NCBI GenBank assembly: GCA_965287045.1 | Contig: OZ336884.1 | Coordinates: 41,292,001 to 41,356,000, forward strand | DNA length: 64,000 bases | Direction: 5' to 3' | From: Carcharhinus amblyrhynchos | Taxonomy: Eukaryota | In this document: positions 38,320 through 51,080 of the stretch, piece by piece | Layout of the letters: the number at the start of each line of letters is the position of its first letter | Position numbering within the stretch: the first letter of the stretch is position 1 | Made by a program: the position numbers and the translations under genes | The notes under the pieces: model-generated | What the model was told of the DNA's origin: nothing | The model's input: only the letters and a program-made list of their open reading frames with translations | Database searches by the model: none

Positions 38320-38625
38320 CACTATCTCCCTGTTCCTAGCATCACTAGCATGTGGCAGGAGGAATAATCCTGAGACTACTACCCTAGAGATCCTGTTTTT
38401 CAATCTTCTACCTAACTCCCAAAATTATTGTTGTAGGATCTCGCTACTCTTTCTACTTGTGTTATTCATGCCAATGTGGACAAACACATCTGTCTGATTT
38501 CTCTCCTGGTTTAGGATGCTTTGTACCCACTCAGACATCCAGGACCCTGGCACCAGGGAGACAAACTATCATCCTGGAGTCCCTTTCACAGCCACAGAAG
38601 CATCTGTCTGTGCCCCTGTCTATTG
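38320..38625 (-). mobile_element. CR1 ORF1 (esterase-like) fragment
   Basis: ggaataatcctgagactactacc; catccaggaccctggcaccaggga = reverse of C(L)PGARV.D, typical of SGNH-type CR1 ORF1. Confidence 0.55.
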
Positions 38626-38629
38626 AATC

Positions 38630-39572
38630 AAAAAACAAAGAAAATTACGGCACAGGAACAGGCCCTTTGGCCCTCCAAACCTGCACCAACCATGCTTCCT
38701 GACTTAACTAAAACCCCCTACCCTTCCAGGGACCATATCCCTCTATTCCCATCCTATTCATGTACTTGTCACTGCCGTATCCACTTCTGCTAACTCCCTC
38801 AGCAATGAGTTCCAGTCACCTACTACTCTGTGAAAAAAATCTGCCTCATACATCTCCTTTAAACTTTGCCCCTCGCACCTTAAATCTGTGTCCCATAGTA
38901 ATTGACTCTTCCACCCTGAGAAAAAGCTTCTGACTATCCATTCTGTCCATGCCTCCCATAATCTTGTAGACTTCTCTCAGATCGCCCCTCAACCTCTGTC
39001 GCTCCAGTGAGAACAAAGTTTCTCCAACCTCTCCTCATAGCTAATGCCCTCCATACCAGGCAACATCCTGGTAAATCTTTTCAAAGCCACACTACCAGAA
39101 GGATGTGGAGGCGACCAGAATTGAACACTATATTCCAAGTGAGGCCTAACTAAGGTTCTGTAAAGCTGCAACATGGCTTGCCAACTTTTAAACTCAATAC
39201 CCCGATCAATGAAGGCAAGTGTGCCGTATGCCTTCTTGACCACCTTCTCCACCTGCATTGCCACTTTCTGTGACCTGTGTTCCTGTGCAACCAGATCCCT
39301 TTGCCTATCAACACTCTTAAGGGTTCTGCCATTTACTGCACATTTCCTATTTGTATTAGATCTTCCAAAATGCATTACCTCATATTTGTCCAGATTAAAT
39401 TCCATCTGCCATCTTTCTGCCCAAGTCTTCAACTGATCTATATCCTGCTGTATCCTGTGATGGTCCTCATCTCTATGTACAAAATCCACCAACCTTTGTG
39501 TGGTCCGCAAACTTACTAATCAATCCAGTTACATTTTCCTCCAAATCATTTATATATATTACAAACAGCAAA
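38630..39572 (-). mobile_element. CR1/HER1 3' fragment nested in an ORF1 remnant
   Basis: ORF 38989-39510 WAERWQMEFN..LYRTLVRPHLEYSVQFWSP; tail aaacaaagaaaattacggcacaggaacaggcc. Confidence 0.9.
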
Positions 39573-39889
39573 GAATCCCCTACCACTATTGTTTTGCTAA
39601 TTTTGTACACTGCCTCTGTGCAGCAGGGCTAGCCCATCCTGCCTTTGCTCTGGTCACTGCTGTCGCTGATGGACCTTCTCCTCATCAGTATCCAAAATTA
39701 CATACTTGTTAGATAGGGGGAATTGCCATAGGGGACCCCTGCACAGGCTGTTACCCTGTCTAGTTGTCACCCGTTTATCTTCCTGCACTTTGGGTGTGAC
39801 TACATCCCTGTAGCTATTACCTATAACAATTTCAATTAATTGTGTGCTCCTCAGTCCTTCATCCAATGGTTGAGGTACCAGGATTCTGA

Positions 39890-40080
39890 TATATTGGGGC
39901 AGTGGATCCAGATGTGAGGTTTATACTGGACAGTGGGGTCCAGATGCAGAGTATAACAGGCAATCGGTCCAGATGTGTGCTCTATCTAGGGCAGTGGATC
40001 TCAGTATGGGGTGTATAATGGGCTGCTGGCCCTGGGGGCTGGTATGTAACAGGCATTCAGCTCTAGTGCAAGTGTACAAT
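39890..40080. repeat. Degenerate ~30-bp minisatellite (about 6 units)
   Basis: Recurrent gg(g)cagtgg(a)tccagatg...tata(a)c units. Confidence 0.5.
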
Positions 40081-40339
40081 GAATAATTAGCTCCATACCC
40101 AGCTCCGCATCCCCACAAAGGTTGAAACTGACCCTCGAGATGCAGTGAACATCTTTTCACCAGTGGTTACATCTATGGGATTCTATCTAAACATTGCTGC
40201 TGCTTCCTCCACACGTCCACCTTCATTGACCTGTATCTCCCTTTCCTCAAGTTCAGCTCCGCGATTCTCCCATTGTGACCCTCAACTTTTCTATCGGCTT
40301 GTGGTGGGAGATGCACGTCTGCAGCCTTGAACAAGGATT

Positions 40340-41230
40340 TGTGCATGTGCCAGGAATGCATGCGCATCTCCCAGAGTGGGCAAGTATTCGCCAGTCAAAC
40401 CATGCTGGAAACCGTCAGGAAGGCAGGTAATTGATTTCAATCTTTCTACATGTATTTGAAATATGTTTATTAGCTCATCAGGAATTTTCAGGTTCTGATT
40501 GAATCTCCCACCCTGCCAGGAATGCTTCATTCTGGCGGGATTCAGACTAGCTCCCCACGTTCAGGGAAATAGCGAGAGACCCCTGCCAGAATGAAGGTGG
40601 GGACAAGTGCCCCCCCCACAAGTGGGTTGGGCAGTGGGAGGGATGGGTGCGCCCTGGGCATGGGCACCCTGGGACTGCTTGGCTGTGCCCCCGGCACTGC
40701 CCAAGGGGCAAAGTGCCCATGTCAGGGGACACCTTGGCGCTGCCCAGCAGGCAATGCCAAAGGGATGAGGCCTATTGTGGGTGGGGCCTATAGGGTGATC
40801 GGTGGGAGTGGGGGGACCTGCTACCACTCTGCATAGCAATTGGTCTGGGATGGGAGGGAGGGCAGTGATTGGGATGGGCTGGGGGTGGGGGGGAGGGAAA
40901 TTGCCACTGCTGGGGGCTGGGGGTTAGGGTTGGCCCAGAATTGCTGTGACAGCCATGAGGGGGCTGGAGAGGCAGCACTATGGGGGTCCCGGGCTGGCCA
41001 GCAAATAGGAGGTTGGCAGTTAAGGGCCACTGTGTATGCGCAGATTTCCAGAACTATCAGACTCTAGCACGAATAGGCCCCATCCTCCTGGGTTCTTAAC
41101 AATCTTCATGACTGGGACCTCTGCAATGCAGACAGAGTGTGGAGATTCAGGTGAGAAGCTGAACTGTCAGAACAGTCGGAATTTCGAACAGTTTTCCTGC
41201 CAATTCAGCACTTGTGGGAGAATCGCTCTC
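40340..41230. mobile_element. GC-rich non-autonomous DNA transposon/MITE-like element
   Basis: ggcactgccc/gtgccc-rich, G-run-rich core; terminus gggagaatcgc; resembles 44076-44891. Confidence 0.5.
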
Positions 41231-44075
41231 CAAGCTTCATGAATAAATCATTCAGGATCAATAACAAAAGGGTCAGTGGTTATTAAGCAGCCTTTGCATA
41301 TTCAGTTTATAACTGGGTTTGCTCCATCATGGGGTGCCCCATTCTCCACAACTGATGAAGTCACATAGCAGCCACATAGACAACAGTCAAACTGTGTAGG
41401 GAAATAAGTCCAGATAATTTATGAGAAGACTGGCTGTCCAAACTGGAAGAATTATGGAAACATTCTCAGTATACCCACTAGCAGAATGTCCCTTTCTCCC
41501 ATCATCTTAAAATCCTGCCCCCCCTCCTCTGCGCCCTAGCTCTTCGCATAATCGATTACTGCCCCTCACTGTGTTTTATTCCCCCTAACCCGAATCTCCA
41601 GCTCTGCTTTACTCCTCTGCGTGGACAGTGTTATTTGTTAAATACTAACAAAAGATGGCCTCACTCTCTGCTGTGCTCCTCTTCTGGCAGTGAGCAAATT
41701 ACACATCTACATCTCAACAGCACAGTGCATAGTGCTCATGGCCAATTTTTCTCTCTCTATGGAGGCCAATTGTAGCGCGAGTCTGCTGTGCTAGCTGAAA
41801 CCAGCTAACTCAACACATAGCAGGAAGCAAGCTTGGAAGCATCCTTTCCTTGCATGACTCAGTATCAAGTGATGTATTTATATCAATCTCCCTGTTGCCT
41901 CAATATCTCATTTCACAGAACACCAAGGTGGTATATGCATAAAGTTAATTAAATTTTTGGATTACTTTAACATTTTGTGCTAGAGACAGAAAAGCACAGG
42001 GTGATAGATCTGATTAAGTAAAACACTTCTTAGTCATTTGTATATTTCAGGAGAGCCATTGTATCACAAGTTTCCCTTCACAAGCAAAATAAACCTGCAG
42101 AGAGATAAATAAACCAGAAAAAATTCAAACTGCTTCAGGAACATACATCAGGAGCTTGCCACATTACACGAATATGAACATATATCTTATGAAGGTGAGT
42201 TAGCTTTAATTTTCTGTATTTGCATATAAATTTTACATTTCCCAATGCTCATTACCACAACATTTGTATTCATGGTGAATGCTTTTAGGAATTTAATTAC
42301 ATTAAATTGTTCCTCATCAACATGTCGTGTGGAAACTCTGCCTCTTGCACTCAATGACACTCATTTCATAAGCAGGCTTGTTTATACATCCTTTCCAATG
42401 AGTGGCTGCACTGATACTACTTCAAACTGCACGCTGCAGAATAGTTTTCTGCTTTACTGATCCTGCTATCAAATAATGAAAGTATTTCTAGTGAATTAAT
42501 TATGTAGAAATAATAATTAAAGCAATGGCAATAGCAAGTATGCAAGATATAAACTGCATCTGAGCAAAGAGTTAAACAAGCCTTCATGCAAAAACATTTG
42601 CCTCTAATCAGGAGTTTGTCATTCATACAACAGACATGCTTTGCATTGGCTGTATGTTCGCTATACCAATCGTATTCTTAGCTGTGGCCTTTCCAGCCTC
42701 TTCCATATTATCCAACATTAGGCTCCCGGTATCCATTGTAAAGAAAATATAATAAAAATTCAACGGAGGGATTGATCATCATTACATTACACATTTGAAA
42801 AAAGTGAAGGCATTCTTGGACATGGGATCACACCCCTCCTGCTGCAAGCAGAGTTCAGAACAACTCCTATCTGCGTGTATGTGAATGGAGTCGAGAAATA
42901 ATCTAATAAATCAAAAACAGCTCAAAAATGCAGAACCTCTACGAACTAAATTAAATCACCATCTTCAATCACTGTGGGTTTAAAGTTTATTTATTAGTGT
43001 CACAAATAGACTTAAATAGACTTAACTCTGCAATGAAGTTGTTTTAAGAATACTTGCAATGTTGTGAGGCATGAAAATTTAGGTTTTCAAATTCCACCAC
43101 AGACATCAGAAAAGTAGATTTCAGAATACTTAAAAAAAATCACTGTAGCATTCAATTGTTTTGTTCTGAAAAGTGTCTGGCAACTAACCTACGTTCACTT
43201 TGCTTGATGGTTTAGGCCTGGGTGTTGATTCAGAGCTAAGTAAACAGAGCTGTCAATGCCGACATTTTGTGCTTGCAGAAACGTTTTAAAGTATGATAAA
43301 TAAAACCTGTTGTGCACTTAGAAACAAGTGTCTTCCCTGCATCACAGGATAGCAACAACTCTCTGGCAATGTGCAAATACATACTGGTAGCAAAAATGCA
43401 TTGATTTATGGTTTATTGTCCTTTCGCTTCTCAGAATCCAGACACCAAAAAAAGAGTGAAAACGAGGTCGCTCACTGTGTCTGGCACTATAAAAGACTTC
43501 CAGTTTTACTGATGCTTCAGCATGTATTATATACCAGGTCACACAAACCCCAAAATGGCTCTAATTTCTAGACCATGCTGGATTAGTTAATCTGCTGGTA
43601 AAGTTAGCCTCACTGGCTATGAATTGTTGGTGGAAGATTTGTAAAGATCTATCTAGCCATTGGAGAAAGTCTGAGAAATAGGAATCACACTTCTGATCTA
43701 TTTGCAGTAATTGAAAAGTCTTTATGAATGGTTGCCAGATTAAGACAAGACTAGAATTTTTGCCTTTATTTAAGATTGGGTTCATTTATGATACCCCCAT
43801 AAACAGACTACCAATGCTCCCAAGTGAAAGAGATCAGAAAACAGCAAGAAAGCATGTAAAAAAAAAGAAAATAAATTGCAGAAAATAGATATAATCAATA
43901 ATGCATCAATTAAAAATAAATTAACAAGTAACAAATATGCAATGAAAGAGTGAAATATATTCACGAACACCCTTCCCTTTCAATTCAATTCTGTTCACAG
44001 TGATATCAATGATAGTGCTTCAAAGCACATCTATTTAGGCTACTTGCCATGCTCACTCTCCCAGGAAAACACTGT

Positions 44076-44891
44076 GGGGGCAATTCTCTGACCTCACGTG
44101 CCATTAGCAGATTGTGCTGATCCTGCAGAATATTGTGCGGGCCTAAATTCGGTTTTGCACCCAGATGCAAAACAGTTTGCAATTCTCCCTATCTTTTTCT
44201 AATGGTGTGCACTGGATGGTGCCCAGGAAGGGTACAAGGCTAATCAGAATATTTAAAATAGCATTTAAATGAACATAACTGTTTGAATCCAAGTGCACAG
44301 AATTCTCCGGCCTTCAATGTGACAATCGTGAGAATCACCACTGGTCTCCTGGTGTAATGGTCATGCTTTTGGGGCGGGGGGGGGACGCTTGGGGGCCACT
44401 GAAGCCCCTGGGAGATTGGAGACATGGCCAGGCTGTGCCAATTGGGCAGTGCCAATTTGGCACACTGAGTGCCCAGCTCTGACCATCGGACAGGCACAGC
44501 AGTGCCCACCTGGCACCACCAAAGCAGTGGAGCCTGACCATAGGGTGCCTTACAGGGACATGTTAGGAGATCAGACAGGTGGACCCATCGGGTGGGCCCC
44601 AATGTCCATGATTCTTGTTGGGGAAGAGGTGGGGGAACATACCAGCGATGAAAGAGGGAGGAATCCAATGTCCGTCGGAAAAGGAATCTCCAGTGCACTG
44701 TGAGATCCATTGGGAAACAACACCCGAGTGCTCCGAAGGTAGGTCATCCCATCATGTACCGGTGCAAAACTTCCAACTCTCCAAAAAAGTAACCTGAGTG
44801 TGGGAAGATTGCGGTGTTGAGTGTGCCTGAGAGACAAGTGTGGATCACTCCATTATTCTCACTGTTATGACTCTTTTTTGGGAGAATTCAC
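44076..44891. mobile_element. MITE-like element with short terminal inverted repeats
   Basis: Left gggggcaattctc, right gggagaattcac (AATTCTC/GAGAATT inverted pair). GC-rich ggcagtgcc core. No coding capacity. Confidence 0.55.
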
Positions 44892-45186
44892 TATGTATGG
44901 TCTTAGATCACTGCATCATGTTTTGGCACATGTTTGAACAGGGAAAACGTTTTTTAAGAAAAAGAATGTAGGCTAATGATATACTAAATGACATTTCAAT
45001 GTTCCACCAATGCCATTGTGACCTGTTACATTAGATTTATTTAAATTTCAATTTTATTGGCTGAACTGACATATGCAGATTTAGTAAAAAAGGTAGTTTC
45101 AAATGTAGGCTTAAGGTGGTTGCCACAGGCCACCCGACAAGGCTGCAACTGCAAACTTGTAAAGTTTCTAGAAGATAGGGTAGTAT

Positions 45187-45840
45187 GTGGCACAGTGGCT
45201 AGCACTGCTGCCTCATTGCACCAGGGACCGGGGTTTGATTCCCGGCTTGTCTGTGTGGAGTATCCACGTTCTCCACCTGTGTCTCTGTGGGTTTCCTCTG
45301 GGTGCTCCAGTTTCCTTCCACATCTGAAAGATGTGCTGGTTAGGTGCATTGGCCAAGCTAAATTCTCCCTCAGTGTACCTGAACATGCGCCGGAGTGTGG
45401 TGACTAGGGGAGTATCATAGTAACTTTTGATTTGATTTATTGTCACAAGTATTAGTAAACAATGAAAAGTATTGTTTCTTGCATGCCATACAGACAAAGC
45501 ACACCATTCATAGAGAAGAAGAGAGTGCAGAATGTGTTATAGTCATAACTAGAGTATAGAGAAAGATCAATTTCACACGAAGTAGGTCCATTCAAAAGCC
45601 TGACGGCAGCAGGGAAGAAGCTGTTCTTGAGTTGGTTGGTACATGACCTCAGACTTTTATATTTTTTCCCAATGGAAGAAGGTGGAAGAGAGAATGTCCT
45701 GGGTGTGTGGCATCCTTTCTTATGCCGGCTGCTTTTCCAAGGCAGCGGGGTCAGTGGATGGGAGGCATGATGACAGTGCAGTGTTAATTAACATTGCAGT
45801 GCTAATGTAAACCTACTTGTGACACTAATAAATAAACTTA
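45187..45840 (+). mobile_element. Alternative-tail V-SINE interrupted by a LINE 3' end
   Basis: Head and body 45187-45426; tail cattgcagtgctaatgtaaacctacttgtgacactaataaataaac resumes at ~45790. Confidence 0.8.
45427..45768 (-). mobile_element. LINE 3' end, probably Rex1/Babar-like
   Basis: tttgatttgatttattgtcac tail; gggaagaagctgttcttgagt = reverse of RLKNSFFP; ttccgtc-like LPSGRR region. Confidence 0.6.
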
Positions 45841-45909
45841 AAATTAAGATTTCCAGTGTGGATAAAACTACCACATTCCACGTAATCCTCCTATGGAATT
45901 CACACCTGC

Positions 45910-46126
45910 AGATGTTAGGGGTAAGTTTTTCACTCAGAGGGTGGTGAGTGAATGGAATCGGCTGCCGTCAGTGGTGGTGGAGGCGAACTCGCTGGGGTCT
46001 TTTAAAAGACTTCTGGATGAGTATATGGGGTTTTATGGGATTGGGGGTTATAGATAGGAGTTGATGTGATCGGCGCAACTCGTGGGCCAAAGGGCCTGTT
46101 TGTGCTGTAGTGTTCTATGTTCTATG
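45910..46126 (+). mobile_element. CR1 3' end
   Basis: gtaagtttttcactcagagggtggtgagtgaatggaat...gggccaaagggcctgtt..tgttctatgttctatg. Confidence 0.85.
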
Positions 46127-49100
46127 TCAAGGTTTACTTCAAGGATAAGCAAACTTAAAATGGCTGCCACCATTTGCATCACTGAAAAGCCACATTCCAT
46201 TAGGCTGGAGACAGAGAGGCTATAGAAACAATGGCTACATTGGAGGTGTCGGTGTGTTCACAACCCATTATATGAAAGAATGAGTCAATCAGAAATGATT
46301 TGGACATTTAAAAAAAATCACGAAGGCCACAACACAATGGCCAAGGTCTTTCCTGATGTGGGCTAATCAATTATCTTTGCTGGAGTACTCAATCTTTATG
46401 AGATCACCATTTTGAAATGTCTTTTATTGTAAACCCTTGATTGCAGTCTGGAGAATGAACATTTGAAGTCAGCAAAAGGCTGCATACATCTCTCTCTTTC
46501 AACTGAAGTGAGCCCTGCCTGCTTATGCCACAGTACAAACAGCAAAGCAATTCTTAAGCAAATTTCAAACTCCAAAGCCATGTTTCCAAGAGAAAAAATA
46601 AAGAACCACAGTCTAAGAACTGATTCAGCTGTGAATTGCAACAAAGGACTCAATCCATGATCACGATACATCTTTGTCTTTTATCATTGAATTTTAACTT
46701 GCTCAAAATTAACGTCCTCTTCTCTGTAACTTGTATTTTTGAAAGCTTATGTGTTCACCTATGTTTTTTGGCAGTCAGGATATGTTTGCCTTTTTTCAAT
46801 GTATTATCTTTACCTAGATAGGCTTTTAGCTTACTTAATCTCAACAATGCTTGGCAGACTGAGTTTTTTGTAATCAATATATAGCCAGTTTTAATTTCAA
46901 AATACCCTGTTACAATCAACGAAGGAATGGGAAAAAAGTGGGCTGAGAATTCTTGCACCCTTCTTCGCCAGGTTATAACACACTGTACATCTCAATTCAA
47001 ATCTGAGCATCTTTTAACCAAGAAACTACACTAAGAATATGTCACTGAGTTAAATGATTAATTTTCTTAATCTTATAACTCAGAGATTGCAATATTTAAA
47101 TTCTGAAACATTTGAAATTGCTTCAAGAATTTTGGGTTCAAAATTAAGTAATTAAGTAAATGTTTAACTCATTGATACCTGAAAGCAATTGGAGGGGGAT
47201 TCTGATTTATATAGGGAGGAGGATTCTGATCTATATGGAAGGGAATAATAATACACATTTTTCCATTGAATAGGAGGGAGAAAGGAAAGTCCAAAGCAGG
47301 TTATTGGTTTATAGCGAGCCCTGTCTACATTGCGCTGAAGAAGTTTAGCTTCCACCAAGTACTGTGAAGGCCAAAACCAACTGTCCTCCTGCAAAGGCCA
47401 ACACAGACAAGTTCTCACTGTTTAGAGAACAGCACAGCTCTGTTTATGTTCAGCTGGAGCTACTAGGGTTCTACACCGAAGCAACGATTGAGACAGCATT
47501 GTCAAGGCACAAAAGGACTGCCTTTGAGTGCCTCAAGCTAGCAATACTCTATGCCTAAGGCATCTAGACATTTCCAGTAAACAGTATTTTAGAAAAACGT
47601 CCCTTCCAATATCACATCTGGCATATAAATGAAAGAATTCTAATCACAATCAATCACTTAATCCATGCAAAATATTTTCCAGTTCATCAGCACTGATAAT
47701 CTCATCACTCTTGGATTATTGCAAACCTCTATTGTGCTGTAGGAAGTGGTACATTCAAGACAAGGATTATCCGTTTTTTGGAAACAACAAGAAAATAAAA
47801 TACTTTGGCATGGTTTCCAAAGTGTTGACTTTTATCGGCTGCAATGACACCCTAGGATTGGGACAGAAATAAATTTGCAAGTAAAATTAACATTTTCAAT
47901 TAATGAAAGCATTTTAAAATATTTCCTAATTTTAACATAATTGTGAATGAACATGATGTGCATTTTCAGTAGAAGTGTGAAAACACAACATTCAGTTCAA
48001 TATTTTCTGTTAAAAAACAAGTCTGAACAAACAAACTGTAACACAAGTGCTGTGATATTCTTTCATTCCAAATACAAGATTTTGAGAGTCATATTTAAGT
48101 TCAGTAATCATACCTTCCCTCATTCATAATAAGATTAGAAGCTATTTTCTTAATGTGGCAGTCAGAGGAGAAATTAAATGAATGGACATGACTTTGTGCA
48201 CATTGACCATGATATATGACCGTTACTGAAGGCTGTAGCGATCATTATTAACCAGTAGATCATTATTTCACAATTTTAAACATTTCATTTTTGAAACGTT
48301 AAGAGCATAATAAGCTAGTTTTTTCTAAGTTAGGTTTCTGTTGGGAAGCCCTGAGTTTACTTCCCATTCTTTAGGAGTTACATTTATGTTTTGGAAACAG
48401 TATTAGTTGCATTTACAGATTTTCTCAGGCTTGGGCTGGATATATCGCAAAAGTTACTTGAAAAGAAAAGGCATAAAACAATGTAGCAGAAGTATGGTTT
48501 TTGCATTTTCCAAGGGGGTAGCATTAATCTCAACATACTTTCAAAAAGGAGCTTCTTGCCTGGAGGAGTCTGGAGTTGACCGAACAAAACCTGGAGGTAA
48601 ATACAGGTTTAGGGATTGCTGTAAGAACCCAGAGATGAGGCTAGGGATTTGCCAAAAGAAGTCCCAAGGTATCAGTGTTTGATTGATATTAGAATTCAAT
48701 ATTAGGTTTGAAGTGTAAGAAGAAAGTGAAAGCTGCCTTTAGCATTCAATACTAAAAGGGGCTGGTGTATTCATTAGAATCAAATGGACTGAGGTAGAAA
48801 CTTTAAAACTTCAAGAGTCAAGAGACCAGCTTTTAGGAACCAAAAGAGAGGACCCAGAATTCTGGGGGTCCATGGGAAGGACACTGTATCATGCCAAGCC
48901 TTGACTAGTGGAATGTCAAGTGTTAATATTTTTTGTTCAATAACCCTTGTTGGATTTCATCTTTAAATTAGTGATCACCCGTTTTTCCAATAATGTCATT
49001 CCCCCACAAGAATGAATAGAGTTCAAATCCTAATAGACTTCATTCATATGCAAGGCCATGTTTCCGATAAATCATATCCATTCCTTCTCCTTTGGGTTAC

Positions 49101-49789
49101 TGCTTGTTCTGTAAACCTTCCAGGCCACTATTAAAGATGAATCTGACAGATACCACACCTCTGTCTTCTGAAGGTCACTCACAAAGTTAAATTTTCTTTC
49201 TCCATTTTCAAAGCTCTCCTTAAAACATGTCCACTTCTGACAGCCCCTTCAATCTCCCAGTTAAAATACCTGTACTTCCCATTTAGGGTCCATCTTTTCT
49301 GCATACGTTGGCTCTTTTACACATAAAGAGTACTATATATCATTTAAGTTTATAAACGCAATGCCCACTTCTTCCCACAATCAACAAGCCAACTAACCCA
49401 TAACTGGCAGCACAGAATTAATCTAACAGGATGAACACCTCCAGCTTGGTGCAAAGTATTATTCTGTGATTTTAGGAAGCGATGTGGCAGACGTGGCACC
49501 GAGTGCCACGACAAACAAGACTGCTGTGAATTTGTGCATAACTGGAAGAAGATGCAATAACATTTTTGATGAATGTAAACTAAACCTAACACAGACTTTG
49601 CATTCAACCAAACATTCTTTCTCACCTTCTATAGTAACACACAATTACAAGTTAAATCCTCTCTGTTCCTTTCAGAGGTTTTATATTTGATCCAACAATC
49701 TAACAAAATGTTGGTAAATGTAGAATACCATAATGAAATAATGGCCAAAGCGATGGACTGGGAAGGCAAGACACAAGAGGTAACCTAGG

Positions 49790-50775
49790 CACATTATACT
49801 CAACATCACTGTAGGTGTTCCTTAGCGAACAATCCTAGGCCCACACATTTCCAGCTGCTTTAACAATGGCCTTCTCTCCAACATGCAGTCTGGAGTGGGG
49901 TCTTAAAATAGCAAAGCATTCACTACCAATTCACAACTTCGCGGGTAGAAGCAGTCTGTGCCTGCATGCAGCAAGGCCTGAATAACATTCTGGCTTAGGC
50001 TGAGAAGTGGCAAGTGACATATGTGCCACTCAAGTGCGAGGCATTAACCATCCCCAGCAAGAAAGAATGCAACCGACTCCCCTTGACTTTCATTGGCATT
50101 ACTATCACAGAATTCTCCACCATCAACATATGTGGGGGCACCATTGATCAGAAACTTCATTGGACCAGCCTTATAAATTCCAAAATTGCAAAAACAGGCA
50201 CAAGGCTGGAATGTAGCAAGTAAATAACCACCCGACTCCCCAAAACCTGTCCTCCATCTACAAGGCACAAGTCAGGAGTGCAATGGAACACTCTCCACTT
50301 GCTTGGATGAGTGCAGTTCCAATAACATTTAAGAAGTTCAACACCACACAAACAAATTAGCCCACTTAATTAGGACCCCATCCACCACCTTAAAGATTCA
50401 CTCCTTCCACCATCAGTGCACATTGGTAGCAGTATCTATCACATACAAGATACATTGCAACAACTCATTAAGGTTCAACAACATTTCTAAACCCTCAACC
50501 CTCTCTCTACCACTTAGAAGAAAAAGGGCAGCATACCATATGGGAGCTCCCTCCACCACCTGCACACCTCACCTCATCTCACTTGGAATTATATTACTGT
50601 TCTACCATTATCACTGTGTCAAAATCCTGGAACTCCCTCCCTAACAGCACTGTGGGAGTACCTATACTACATGGACTGCAGCAGTTTGAGAAGCTGGCTC
50701 ACCACCACTACCTTGAGGGTGAGTAGGGATGGGCAATAATAAATTCTGGTCCTGCCAGCAATATTCACATTCCAA
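49790..50775 (+). mobile_element. Degenerate LINE 3' region (DeuSINE-tail partner, L2/CR1-like)
   Basis: ccatctacaaggcacaagtcaggagtgcaatggaacactctcc (IYKAQVRS.ME.S); aaaatcctggaactccctccctaacagcactgtggg; tail gggatgggcaata. Confidence 0.8.
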
Positions 50776-51080
50776 GATTATTTTTAAGTCGATATTCTTC
50801 AAAACTTTACATTAATATTTTCTTCTGGTTTAAAATGGGCAGGCTTTCCATTGGGTAAACCTCACAAGTTTGTTGATTTAGAATGTCAAGTCTAGACTAG
50901 TCACCATGGGAAGAATGCCCCAAGTTCAGTATGTGAGGAAGACCAGCAGCAAAGTGAAGGGAACATCCAGGAAACCAGAGGCATTGTGTATATTTGGGGA
51001 TTGGCATGTCAGAAAGAAATGCTGCAGGGAGGGCAGACATATATTCCAGGGAAAGTTGTATCTGTAACTGAAGAGATTTA

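Noticed and set aside
39890-40080. CRISPR-like repeat-spacer array
   Set aside because: Eukaryotic context, degenerate tandem units without unique spacers, and no cas genes.
47195-47345. Internal promoter (duplicated ggattctgat.tatat, ATTGG and a TATA-like motif)
   Set aside because: Such short motifs are expected by chance in AT-rich DNA. There is no CpG island or downstream exon support.
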